Assembly: GCF_947568905.1 (NCBI RefSeq) | Contig: NC_079165.1 | Location: forward strand, 83,576,001-83,640,000 | From: Ostrea edulis | Taxonomy: Eukaryota | Length of the DNA: 64,000 nucleotides | Direction of reading: 5' to 3' | In this document: in pieces, positions 37,257-47,610 of the stretch | Layout of the letters: each line of letters opens with the position of its first letter | How positions within the stretch are numbered: the stretch's first letter is position 1 | Position numbers and translations under genes: made by a program | Notes under the pieces: generated by a model | Databases searched by the model: none | What the model was told of the DNA's origin: nothing | The model's input: only the letters and a program-made list of their open reading frames with translations

Positions 37257-39323
37257 ATTTTCATATTGCATTACAAATGTCATATTGGGTGGGGCATTTA
37301 TGTCTTATGGACATATTTCTAGTATATCATGTCAATGCCCACAATGTCACACAACCTTTTTATTTGGCCAGATCTGAAAGACCTGAATGCTAGGTGCTTG
37401 GCGAAGGAACAGTTACTACCCATGTTAAACTTCTCAAGTTTTACTCACCACTAAGATGAGAACTAACCCCCCAGTTGTGAAGCAAGCCCCCTAACCACAA
37501 AGCTATTGCAACCGATGGATATGTAGATTTAGTTTTCACAATAAAAGACTATTGTTTTGAATAACATACTTATTTCATGTGCCCTTAATCACAGTGACTT
37601 CAAAATAATGAAATCTGGTCTGGGTGTTTTAATCAGTCATAGTTTCCTTTTCTGAAAACAGGACCATCCCAGTAATTAAATATCTGCATATAATCCTATT
37701 TTTACGTCTAAAATTTCATCAGGATGTCTTTACAAATATTGAATTTGAAGATTTCAGATCGATTTCATTTTTAACTAATTTGTTAACACATGTACCATTT
37801 TAAGTAAAATTGGTATTTGCCATGTCAAACAAGTTGTTAAAATGGGCGGTAAGATAGATGTCTGTGATGACATAGAGATAATGTGTTGTAGAATCCACAG
37901 TGATGACGATTCCAGCTCCTGGTGCAGGTCTGTCTGTCTTATCGGCTCTGAATATGTTGGAAGGTTACTCACTGATCCAAAATGACCCCACGACAGTTCA
38001 CAGGATGTTAGAGGTAAGTCGTACAATGACCTGTGACAGTTCACAGGATGTTAGCGGTAAGTCACACAATGACCTGTGACAGTTCACAGGATGTTAGCGG
38101 TAAGTCACACAATGACCTGTGACAGTTCACAGGATGTTAGAGGTAAGTCACACAATGACCTGTGACAGTTCACAGGATGTTAGAGGTAAGTCACACAATG
38201 ACCTGTGACAGTTCACAGGATGTTAGAGGTAAGTCACACAATGACCTGTGACAGTTCACAGGATGTTAGAGGTAAGTCACACAATGACCTGTGACAGTTC
38301 ACAGGATGTTAGAGGTAAGTCACACAATGACCTGTGACAGTTCACAGGATGTTAGAGGTAAGTTACACAATGACCTGTGACAGTTCACTGGATGTTAGCG
38401 GTAAGTCGTACAATGACCTGTGACAGTTCACAGGATGTTAGAGGTAAGTCACACAATGACCTGTGACAGTTCACAGGATGTTAGAGGTAAGTCACACAAT
38501 GACCTGTGACAGTTCACAGGATGTTAGAGGTAAGTCACACAATGACCTGTGACAGTTCACAGGATGTTAGAGGTAAGTCACACAATGACCTGTGACAGTT
38601 CACAGGATGTTAGAGGTAAGTCACACAATGACCTGTGACAGTTCACAGTATGTTAGAGGTAAGTCTTACAATGACCTGTGACAGTTCACAGGATGCTGGA
38701 GGTAAGACGTACATTGACCTGTGACAGTTCACAGGATGCTGGAGGTAAGTCACACAATAGGATATACTCAACTGGGCTACATAGTAAATATTTTTTCTTA
38801 CTAGTATGTCTTAACAAGTAACAAGAAAATGCACTTTTCTGTACTCAAATTTCCACTTGTCCAGGAAGAATGTAAGTAAGTAATTGGCATTTTGAATGGG
38901 CAATCAACTAATCTTTTAAAAACTAAAAACTGAACCTTTTTGTAAATCCATTCATCTTCTGTTTTATTTAAGAGATCAATATTGCTTAACCTTGCAAGCA
39001 TTATTGTTTATTCTCCAGTCTTTGGCATTGTTTTGTAGGCATTGAAATTTGCTAGTGCACAGCAACAGCAGTTAGGTGACCCCGACTTCAACAAAGAGAA
39101 AGTTCACAACATCACGCTGACTATGCTGGAGTAAGTTAATCCAGTCACTTCTAATGCGTACAGTTAAACCTGTTCTTATCCACCAATTGTGTATTTCGTT
39201 TCACTGTGTATTTTCATGGTCAATTCTGTTTTTCTCTATGTTCTTTACACTTTGCCATCTCACATCCTGTCTAATCTGAAGCAAACTTTATATCTCAAAG
39301 CATGTCAGATTAGACAGGTTTTA

Positions 39324-39387
<64 letters not shown>

Positions 39388-39589
39388 TTCTGAGCATTTC
39401 AGATTAGACAAGTTTCACTGTATATATCTCTCAGAGCATGTCATATTAGACGAGTTTTACTGTATATATTTCTGTCAGAGCATGTCGGATTAGACAGGTT
39501 TCACTGTACATATCTCTCCAAGCATGTCGGATTAGACGAGTTTTACTGTATATATCTCTGTCAGAGCATGTCGGATTAGACAGGTTTCA

Positions 39590-39641
<52 letters not shown>

Positions 39642-42511
39642 TTCTGAGCATTTCAGATTAGACAGGCTTCACTGTATATATCTCTCAGAGCATGTCAGAT
39701 TATAAAGGTTTCACTGTATATCTCTCTCAGAGCATGTCGGATTAGAAAGGTTTGATTTTATGTATCTTTAACAAGTATCTGATGATGTACATTGTATAAC
39801 ATTGAATGACTGAGGATTTTTTTTCTTTTGATAGTAAAGTTGTAGCTAGCAAACACAGGAACATGACAACAAACATTACCCACGCTGACCCTGTATTTTA
39901 TGGTGGCAGTGTCGTGACTCTCCCTGTCTCTACTGATGGTGGCGCTAGCCATGTGTCAGTAGTGGATGCTCAGGAACTGATGGTGTCGGCTACATCGTAA
40001 GTTCTGCTTCTGAGAGCTGTTGCTTACATCAGTGTGTACAGTCCCAAAGGAAAGCAAAAAGAATAAAGACTACAGTAAAGCATGGTTACAGTGAACATGT
40101 TTATAATGAATTCACGCTTACAGCGAACTTGTTTATAATGAGTTCACGCTTACAGCGAACTTGTTTATAATGAGTTCACGCTTACAGCGAACTTGTTTAT
40201 AATGAGTTTACGATTACAGCGAACTTGTTTATAATGAGTTTACGCTTACAGAGAAATTATTTTCATTCCTTATAGTTTTAAAATATATTATGAATTTATT
40301 GGATATAATGAATGATGTTTATAAAGAATCTAAACATGTTTTACTGTACGTCTTTTTAAAGTGATACTTCAAGGCATTTTTAGAGGAAATAGAGATCGAA
40401 TAAATGAATGCTAATCACCAGAAATTTTTTCATACATCCCTGAGATTATTGTATCACGAAAATAAATTCTCCTGAATATTTCTGGGTATAAAAATGTATT
40501 TCCATAATTATACCTGAACAAAAATTTACTCGCTGATAATCTCACAAGACGACATTGCAGTGATAAAGTTGTGTTAAGATAAATCCATCAATTTCCAATA
40601 TTTGTCTGGCAAGCAATAATGGTATAAGATGTAAATCTGTTTACAGTGAATACAACAAAGGTATAGCTCAGTTTTGTTGTGTCGCCTGCGTTACACGCAG
40701 TGGCGACATATAGGGATCACTATGCGTCGTCTGGCGTCGTCGTCGTCACAAAAAATTTCTGTCACAGTTTTCTCAAGAACCACATGGGGCAACTCCCTGA
40801 TATTTGGCACAGAGCATCAGTGTGGCCAACTGTATTGTGTAAGACATTTTCGAATCTGTCGCTTATCAACTTCCTGTTTGCCGGGACTTAGAATTTTTTA
40901 CAGCAAAAAAATTTCTGTCACAGTTTTCTCAAGAACCACATGGGGCAACTCCCTGATATTTGGCACAGAGCATCAGTATGGCCAACTGTATTGTGTAAGA
41001 CATTTTCGAATCTGTCGCTTATCAACTTCCTGTTTGCCGGGACTTAGAATTTTTTACAGCAAAAAAATTTTTTGCTGAAGATTTTATTTTATGATTAACT
41101 GAAGGACAGTATTTTTATGTACAAAAGGACAGTATTTGTAATTCCCATACTGAAGGACAGTATATGTGATTTCAGAACAGCACTAATTATGATTTTTCTT
41201 GAGAAACAGTAAATTGGATATATAAAAAGACAACAAGACTAAGCAGTAAACCCAACAGATAATTACTTATGGTTATTACCATTGTCTTGAAGAGCACAGT
41301 AACAGGTTGATACTTATTTTCAAACATATGTTTTCATTCAGTCTACATTTAATAAATATCTTAATTTCAAACAGATTCTCCCAAAAATTCCATTCCATAA
41401 TAATGTCTCATCTTTCAATTTCAATTAAGTTATCGTTAAAGAATGTTTAGTAATTCTCAAAACCTTTAAAAGGAGTATTAAACTGACAAAAACCATTTGA
41501 ATAATTTACTTTTTCAACATTATACGTGATATATTACATATAGAATGAACTAGCAGGCGACACATGTCTTCCGGGGAAGACTTAATACTGCGTTTCATAG
41601 AAGAGTAGCAACACACACAGACACACAAACATTTTTTGAAGAAATTTTTACTCCAATGACTGAGCAGTTTTAGTGCTTAGCTATTTGTGATTTTTTTTGT
41701 AGGTCTTTGAATTCTTGGTTTGGTTCAGGAATAACAACCAAGTCGGGCATTGTTTTAAATAACCAAATGGCTAACTTTGAAGTCCCAGGATCATCAATCA
41801 GCCAGGTAAGATAATGACGGCACAAACTGTACGTCAATTTTGTCACATTCATTTGAAAATTTTGAGAGCACCAAAATAGTGAATTGGTTTAGCAGGAAAT
41901 TTTTGTCCCATGTTGATTTCACCCAAGTACATTGAAAAATTATTGATCCCATTTTCAAATTTGTGCATAACCATATTTTTAGTACTTTATTGTAATAAGC
42001 AAATATAAACTTTCCCAGATTTGAATTCATCTATTCAGGTTGAAAGGGCCAAAATAAACAGAGGCAAAACTTTTCCAGTACATAGCACTCTTTATCATGT
42101 TGTTTCTGTTCTTTGGTCTTTACCAAGTTTTTAAATCCCACTTTAGTTGAATGACATTGCTGGTGGAAAGCGCCCCCAGTCGAATATGGCTCCCACCATT
42201 GTTGTTAAGAGCAAGGTTTCATGTGCGCGACGACTTAACCTAGGGGCCACAGATGGGGACTCTACTCCCTCGGCCGTGGTCCAGACTGTTGTTAATGTGT
42301 TGTCCTACAACATGAACCTAACAGCTGCTATTCAGGCTCCAAGAATCTATAGCATCCTGTCTCCAGAGAAGGTCGTCTATGAAAGTGAGTAGAATTTTAC
42401 TCACTGTATATTGTAGAACTAGTTGAATTGGCTTTTTTTTTTTTTAGCTCACCTGAACTGAAGGCTCAATTGAGCTTTTCTGATCAAAATTTGTCTGTTG
42501 TTTGTCGTTGT

Positions 42512-42598
<87 letters not shown>

Positions 42599-45500
42599 AC
42601 TTTCAAGTTTGTTCAAATGAAGGGCCATGCCCCCTTCAAAGGAGAGATAATCACATAAATGCAAATTAGGTTAGGGTAATTTAAAATCCTCTTCTTAAGA
42701 ACCACTGGGCCAGAGGAGTTGACATTTACGTGAAAGCTTCCTGATATAGTGCAGATTCAAGTTTTTTCAAATCAAAGTGTGACTCAGGTGAGCTATGTGG
42801 CCCATGGGCCTCTTTTTTAGAAAAGGGGGGAGGGGTAATTTTTGTGCATCGACAAGATTTTATAGTTTTGTTGGGATGTGATTTCATGGACATAGTTTCT
42901 GTACATTGAATCTTGATATAAATCCTGTTATTTGTGGGATAAGGGCACCTATGAAATCCTAAAAAATGTAGCCATTAAGAAATATAATGACTCTGTAGTA
43001 CATATCAGAAGGTTGATTGATGTTGAGATGAAGGACTATGTGTGAAGTAGGGATATGGTATGGCTTTTAATTTCTTTTTTTTAAAAAAACATTCATTTTT
43101 AGCTCACTGGGATGGATGTCCGGAGGTTATTGTCATGACCCCAGTGTTGTCAGCATCACACTTTTAAAGAAAAATCTTACCTATATTTTTTTAACCAGGG
43201 GAGATAGAATTTTGATATTTTACATAGAGATGCCTCATGATCAGTCCTTTCATTTGATACCAGGACTTTTGACCTATTGACGTTTACCTTGGACTTTATG
43301 TACTTTTCTTAATCTTTAACTTTGAACCAAGAGGGATAGGGTTTCGATATTTCACATACTGATGCCTCATGATGAGACCTTTCTTTTGGTTTTAATAATT
43401 TTGACTGATTACGGTAGCTCAGTGGTTGAGTGTTCGCTTCGTAACTTGGAGGTGAGTTCGAGCCCCACTTGTGCCTTGGCCATGTTAAACCTAAGATGTT
43501 AATATAGATAGTGATTGCTCTTTGCCAAACACTCTGCATCTAGAAATGAGAATCACTGGTCTTCCGGGTATGATCTTAAAAACGGAGGTTCCGTGTTGCA
43601 GCAGGTGTTGACAGGAGATGCTTATTCCTTCTAGGCACCTTATCCCACCTCTGGTATATCCAGGGGTCCATGTTTGCCCAACTCTTTATTTCTTATTCCT
43701 TATAAGGATTATGAGATTGATCACTGTTCGTCATCTTCACCTTTCATGAGGACTTGTAGCTTAATGTAAAAAATAAAGCCAATAAAATGTAAGTTGCTGA
43801 AAAGATGTCGACAAGATGTTGCTTTTTCGCTCAAACCTAAGATGTTGAAATAGGTAGTGATTGCTCCTTCGCCAAACGCTCAACATCTAGAAATGAGAAC
43901 CAGAGGTCTTTCAGATATGACCTTAAAAACACGTCCTGTGTTGCAGCAGGCGTTGGCATGATAAAGAACCCTTACTGCTACCACCCTGAGCACGAAGCAT
44001 AGGTCTAAATCTGTGGTACTTCACCTGCAGCTGGTGACGTCTCAATATGAGTAAGAAGTTCTCAACGGGATGTAAAACAAACAAACAAACAACCAACCAA
44101 TAGTTCTGACTTACTGATCTTTTCCTTATACTTTGACTTAATTTCAAAAACTTTAACTTGGCTATCTTCTTTTAACCAAGGGGAATGGGGTTTTTGGTAT
44201 TTCATATTTAGATGCCTCATGACAAGACCTCTCTTGTTGTTCCAAGACTTTTGACCTATAGACCTTGTACTTTGACCTACTTTTCAAAAACTTTAACATA
44301 GGCTATTTCATTTGAACCAGGGTGCATAGGGATTTGATATTTCACATATAGATACCTCATGTCAAGGCTTTTCATGTGGTATCAAGACTTTTGACCTTGT
44401 GAATTGGGGATTTTGATCTACTTTTCTTAAAGTTGTATGAGCTGATGTTCATGTATTATTTTTGTACATAATTACTTTAAAGCAGATTAATTAGTTCTTA
44501 AAGTTATTAACTTTCCCTTAATTACATGCTTGAAAACATTTGCATGTAAAAGAAAACAATGAAAAGATTATTCAAAAAGTAAATAGTAGCGGAAACGCAT
44601 AAATTTGCGTCTATAAATAGCCCCATGCAGGTCAGGGGAATTCCAACATGAAGTATAAAAATCAAAGGCAACTGTCTAACTTTAAGGCTGAAAGAGCGTA
44701 AAACAACGAATTACTATGAGGTATTTGATATTTTTATTTGTCTTAAACTAATGGCAGAGTACTGTTGTAGCTAACTACACAGCTTTACACAGATAAGATC
44801 ACCGACGATCTGAAAGTCTCAACTGGTCACACAACTGTGACTTGAAATTACCGAGTGAATGTTTTTTGTAAAACTGGGTTAAAATCAAGTAATTCTGGCT
44901 AAAACTGGTGAAATAATGTTTTTCATGTCATACAGTCTCATAAATACGTACTTTCTATGATATAACAGCGTTTTTACAAGGTGGAAAATATTTGTTAAAA
45001 TTCAGACCATACAACTTTAATCTTTTTAACCTTGGCCATGTCTTTTTAACCAAGGGGGATAAGTCTTTGATATTTTACATGTAAATGTGTCATGGCCAGG
45101 CCTTTCATATGGTGCCAAAACTTTTAACTTTTTAACCTTAGATTATGACATACTTTTCAAAAGCTTAAACATTTTGAACCAAAGAAGACAAGCTATTTAG
45201 AGTCATGCTTGCTGGTGAGATGTGTTGTCTTCTGGCAACTGTTGTTATGAAATTGTTCCTATGATAGAATAATGCAGATGATCCTATGATAGTATGAAAG
45301 CATTAGATTTTGTAGGGGCTCAATTTCGAGGATTTCATGGATACCCATATCCCACAAATTTTAAACCATAATGAAATTCACAAATTATATAATGTATCAA
45401 AGTACAGAAATCATATCCACAAAATTAGATCCCAACAAAACTGTAAAATCTCAACAATCCATGAAAATTACACCCCAACAAAACTGTAAAATCTCAACAA

Positions 45501-46861
45501 TCCATGAAAATTACACCCCAACAAAACTGTAAAATCTCAACAATCCATGAAAATTACATCCCAATGAAACTGTAAAATCTCAACAATCCATGAAAATTAC
45601 ATCCCAACGAAACTGTAAAATCTCAACAATCCACAAAATTACATCCCAACGAAACTGTGAAATCTGAACAATCCACGAAAATTACATACCAACAAACCTG
45701 TAAAATCTCAACAATCCACAAAATTACATCCCAACAAAACTGTAAAATCTCAACAATCCACAAAATTACACCCCAATGAAACTGTAAAATATCATCAACC
45801 CACGAAAATTACATTCCAACAAAACTAAAATCTCAACAATCCATGAAAATTACATCCCTGCGAAACTGTAAAATCTCAACAATCCATGAAAATTACATCC
45901 CAACGAAACTGTAAAATCTCAACAATCCACAAAATTACTTCCCAACAAAACTGTAAAATCTCAACAATCCACAAAATTTGATCCCATCAAAACGATAAAA
46001 TCTCAACAATCCATGTAAATTACATCCCAACAAAACTGTAAAATCTCAACAATCCACGAAAATTACATCCCACAAATTCAAACAATTCCACAATATGATG
46101 TCATGACTGTTCAGTATTTCCCAGATCAATGAAAATTTGACGAAAGAGTCAAAACCATTTCCTTTATCCAAATATAGAATGACCCTTGTGATCAAGAGTC
46201 ACATTATTAATACACTGTGTGTAGATGCCATGGTTGGTAGAAATATTAATCTTGTTCACAAAGTTACTCAATTTTTAAAAAATGAAATACTATCACCAAA
46301 ATAGCATTTTTATTTAAAAGACAATGGAAAATAAATATATGCTTCATTTCTGCATCAAATGTAAAAAAGAAAATTGGCAAGAAATGGTTGTAAATATCAC
46401 TCTGTTTTGTTGAATTGTTAGATTTTACATGATGTTTCACTTTTTTTAAGGGCCAAATCAGGCCTTTATCATGCATAATTCTTTAAAAGATATGTCAACA
46501 TTTAGATTCACTTGTATATACATGTACATGTAATTAAATCAATTTCATTCAAAATTTTTACAGTGAGACTCTAAATTTTTACTGCAAATGAATTTATAAA
46601 TACCTTTGTTGTTGAAATAATATTTTTAACAAAGCTATTTTCAGAGTTCTACTATATTAAAATCAGTGATTAACAATCAGTATTTTTTATCAATGTATAG
46701 AGAAATTTAGGAAGGACATTGTTAGTAACTTAACAACAAGAGGCCATAACTTAGAACAGACAACCGGCACCTTGAACTGCGTACAGGGTGTGAAGAAAGT
46801 GAAGGACGAAGTGGAGGCTTACTCGGATGCGAGGGACGGGGGTAGAGCCGCTCAGTTTTGA
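20690..46861 (+). CDS. GGT7: Type II membrane gamma-glutamyltranspeptidase-family protein, GGT7-like, 621 aa, probably catalytically inactive; 15 exons
   Basis: Join of 20690-20729, 25108-25237, 25355-25457, 25983-26134, 27816-27933, 29602-29669, 32740-32813, 32908-33107, 33808-33910, 37892-38013, 39039-39130, 39835-39996, 41703-41805, 42147-42384, 46701-46861 totals 1866 nt, open to TGA. Motifs: GGNAVDA, PHQSGIGGGGF, IDFRETAP, VGVPGEL, RPDLA, LGDPDF, FGS..TKSGIVLNN, GKRP.S.MAPT, APR, SDARDGG. The N-terminal tail with SPL, and a TM segment ending IYLGKPQ, resemble GGT7 (IYFGDPQ). Confidence 0.93.
21271..21824 (-). mobile_element. Helentron-type element with about 135-140-bp core repeats
   Basis: Terminal hairpin ATGCCCCCGA-gatcgaaga-TCGGGGGGCAT, TGTC microsatellite, 3 core repeats. 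Confidence 0.8.
22905..23500 (-). mobile_element. Helentron-type element fragment (same family at 63868-64000)
   Basis: TACGCCCGT..GA.GGGA hairpin end followed by repeated AACTTGGTACATTTGATCACCATGATG cores. Confidence 0.65.
23752..24257. mobile_element. Kolobok-type MITE 1 (TTAA TSD, AG...CT ends)
   Basis: TIR AGGGACTGGTTCACGATTTT, 19/20 match; TTAA at 23748-23751 and 24258-24261. Confidence 0.85.
24262..24782. mobile_element. Kolobok-type MITE 2, sharing a TTAA with MITE 1
   Basis: TIR core CACGATTTGAGCTGAAAATTT; TTAA at 24258-24261 and 24783-24786. Confidence 0.8.
25108..25237 (+). CDS. GGT7: GGT exon 2 (cytoplasmic tail, ...GETSPLHKETSSSGKD)
   Basis: ttctag/GTATGT, phase 1-2. Confidence 0.85.
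25355..25457 (+). CDS. GGT7: GGT exon 3 (signal anchor IIIAASVIFATVITIALILFIY)
   Basis: ttgtag/GTATGG; hydrophobic helix. Confidence 0.92.
25983..26134 (+). CDS. GGT7: GGT exon 4 (GAVASD...GGNAVDA...PHQSGIG)
   Basis: Canonical GGT N-terminal motifs; donor GTAAGC; pyrimidine-poor acceptor. Confidence 0.93.
26407..26588. mobile_element. Small TA-flanked MITE (related copy at 33159-33364)
   Basis: TA-CTGTAAACCAAC...GTTGGCTTGCAG-TA. Confidence 0.6.
26780..27495 (-). mobile_element. Helentron-type element with about 120-bp core repeats
   Basis: Hairpin ATGCCCC-...-GGGGCAT, repeated CAAACTTGGTACACTG...GACCCCTATTGATTTTG cores. Confidence 0.7.
27816..27933 (+). CDS. GGT7: GGT exon 5 (GGFMIVYD...IDFRETAP), GC donor
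   Basis: ttgcag acceptor; ends AAG/GCATGT. Confidence 0.9.
28543..29275. repeat. 49-bp minisatellite, about 15 near-identical copies
   Basis: AGAAACTAGCTACAAGAGCTTACCTGACAACGCCTGATCAGCCATCTAT; preceded by a related 19-bp repeat at 28342-28450. Confidence 0.97.
29602..29669 (+). CDS. GGT7: GGT exon 6 (GVFSVGVPGELKGLEAAHKKYG)
   Basis: ttgcag/GTAAGT. Confidence 0.95.
29894..31850. mobile_element. 1957-bp Tc1/mariner-type non-autonomous element (TA TSD) inserted in a minisatellite
   Basis: 27-bp TIR CAGTACCCGCAACGTTATTCT(T/C)GACAT; TA at 29892-29893 and 31851-31852; the host repeat resumes in register. Confidence 0.92.
31851..32385. repeat. 51-bp minisatellite, about 10.5 copies (plus 1.5 copies at 29818-29893)
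   Basis: AGAGCTTAATAAGAAAGTCAGATGTGGGTGTATAACTGTTTCAGTGTGATC with alternating variants. Confidence 0.97.
32740..32813 (+). CDS. GGT7: GGT exon 7 (LTWSSLVDPAISLAREGYKVTKSM)
   Basis: caccag/GTAAGT. Confidence 0.95.
32908..33107 (+). CDS. GGT7: GGT exon 8 (...IKRPDLAEILQQVSEKG...YKGKYAEEIVDA)
   Basis: atacag/GTAAGT. Confidence 0.95.
33808..33910 (+). CDS. GGT7: GGT exon 9 (LTPSSSSKIRKWVTGDDLESYEVKYRDIVQTNYH)
   Basis: ttttag/GTATGT; T..DL..Y motif. Confidence 0.92.
34040..34528. mobile_element. Non-autonomous element ending in a 135-bp hairpin (possibly Crypton-like)
   Basis: About 60-bp inverted arms 34385-34445 and 34459-34519 around the loop TCGGCTACGCCTC; CTGATTGGTC near the other end. 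Confidence 0.55.
34715..35437 (-). pseudogene. Decayed or non-coding two-exon antisense unit in GGT intron 9
   Basis: TATATAAA 35430-35437, ATG 35403, donor GGG/GTAAGT at 35316, acceptor tttaag at 34951, GC-richer second exon; TGA at codon 18 and no intact spliced ORF. Confidence 0.4.
36520..37258 (-). mobile_element. Helentron-type element with Cg170/HindIII-like cores
   Basis: Ends CAGGTGAGCGATGTGGCCCATGGGCCTCTT; cores with AAAATCTTCT, GAAGCTTCCTG and GGCCCCACAATAGGG. Confidence 0.8.
37892..38013 (+). CDS. GGT7: GGT exon 10 (STVMTIPAPGAG...LNMLEGY...VHRMLE)
   Basis: ttgtag/GTAAGT. Confidence 0.95.
38025..38758 (+). repeat. 43-bp minisatellite, 17 copies of exon-10 end plus 5' splice donor
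   Basis: AATGACCTGTGACAGTTCACAGGATGTTAGAG/GTAAGTCACAC. Confidence 0.98.
39039..39130 (+). CDS. GGT7: GGT exon 11 (ALKFASAQQQQLGDPDF...)
   Basis: ttgtag/GTAAGT. Confidence 0.95.
39161..39735. mobile_element. TA-type MITE with tandemly amplified right end and embedded (TA)n and (CA)n
   Basis: Left TA-CAGTTAAACCTGT; right ACAGGTTTCACTG-TA repeated in about 42-45-bp units. Confidence 0.7.
39835..39996 (+). CDS. GGT7: GGT exon 12 (...STDGG-ASHVSVVDAQELMVSAT; nucleophile position)
   Basis: tgatag/GTAAGT. Confidence 0.95.
40073..40346. mobile_element. TA-flanked MITE with an internal 32-bp repeat (5 copies)
   Basis: TA-CAGTAAAGCATGGTT...AAACATGTTTTACTG-TA. Confidence 0.8.
40670..41075 (-). mobile_element. 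Helentron-type fragment with two 156-bp core repeats
   Basis: Hairpin TGTCGCC-tgcgttacacgcagt-GGCGACA, CGT microsatellite, near-identical 156-bp duplication. Confidence 0.75.
41703..41805 (+). CDS. GGT7: GGT exon 13 (SLNSWFGSGITTKSGIVLNNQMANFEVPG)
   Basis: ttgtag/GTAAGA; not in the ORF track. Confidence 0.95.
42147..42384 (+). CDS. GGT7: GGT exon 14 (LNDIAGGKRPQSNMAPT...GATDG...APRIYS)
   Basis: ctttag/GTGAGT. Confidence 0.95.
42441..42818 (-). mobile_element. Helentron-type element, same family as 36520-37258
   Basis: TTTTAGCTCACCTGA...GTTGAGC hairpin end; CAGGTGAGCTATGTGGCCCATGGGCCTCT end. Confidence 0.85.
43413..44100 (+). mobile_element. tRNA-derived SINE copies (nested or partial) inside a larger degenerate element (about 43098-45243)
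   Basis: A box TAGCTCAGTGG, B box GTTCGAGCC, duplicated body AAACCTAAGATGTT...GTGATTGCTC...GCCAAAC, (AAAC)n tail at about 44075-44100; related fragments at 13570-13689, 14995-15135 and 37390-37515. Confidence 0.75.
45431..46075. repeat. 43-bp minisatellite, about 15 copies, derived from a MITE end
   Basis: CCCAACAAAACTGTAAAATCTCAACAATCCATGAAAATTACAC. Confidence 0.95.
46701..46861 (+). CDS. GGT7: GGT exon 15 (...RGHNL...AYSDARDGGRAAQF stop)
   Basis: gtatag acceptor; canonical SD.R.GG C-terminus. Confidence 0.95.
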
Positions 46862-47071
46862 GGGTCAGCCCTATGTATGGGATGAACTATCCAATTAGTA
46901 AATGATTTAATTAATGTGGGGAAAGTGTGCGAGTTTTGTCAGGCCCATAGTCACAAGTTTGTGTCCTCAATGTGTGGAACCAAATCAAGATGTTCTCAAT
47001 GTAATGTATAAAATAGGTATGGCTAAAAATATTTATTATTTTCAAGGTTTGATAGATTAGGTGATATTGAA

Positions 47072-47077
47072 AATAAA
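47072..47077 (+). terminator. Candidate polyadenylation signal of the GGT gene
   Basis: First AATAAA after the stop codon (about 210 nt downstream). Confidence 0.45.
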
Positions 47078-47610
47078 GATATTTTCCATACTATTATAGT
47101 ATTTAACTAACTTTTGTAGCATTTTATTTTTTAAAGTAATATACCATATCATATGATGATTATATGAAGATATTTAATTTTTTAAACAATATTTTGTTAA
47201 TGTTTGATTAGTCATACATCATGTGCACAATTATTAAATTATACATACTAGATACATAACTTTACTAGATTTTTGAGTATTTAATGTTTTCATGAGGCAT
47301 GTAGAAACTCCACTGTATTTTGGAGACGGTTTCTTCTGAAATAGATTTATTTTCTGTATCAGTAGCTATTGCTGACGTTCTGTTTATCAGGTGCAATGTA
47401 CTCCTTCCTGCTGCGGTGTCTCGGAATTGTAAGCACCGCATGGTTGTGTCATTTGTTCTTTTTGTATAGATTCACATGTAGTTCATTGATTTACTTGTTT
47501 AAAATTTCACTGGAACCAGTTTTTCAGGGAGTTTTTTTGTCTGCAATTATTGAGGACTTTAATATACTGATTGAGATTATGTGAGTACTCATTAGTTCTA
47601 AAACACTCTA

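Noticed and set aside
28543-38758. Regular 43-51-bp arrays as CRISPR arrays
   Set aside because: Units are head-to-tail with no unique spacers, there are no cas genes, and the context is eukaryotic introns.
40674-41078. 134-aa ORF
   Set aside because: It arises from two 156-bp core repeats of a non-autonomous element.
43413-43476. tRNA gene (also tRNA-like stretches at 21059-21122 and 57118-57183)
   Set aside because: A and B boxes are present but the cloverleaf stems do not pair. The 43413 copy continues into a SINE body; the other two are degenerate fragments.
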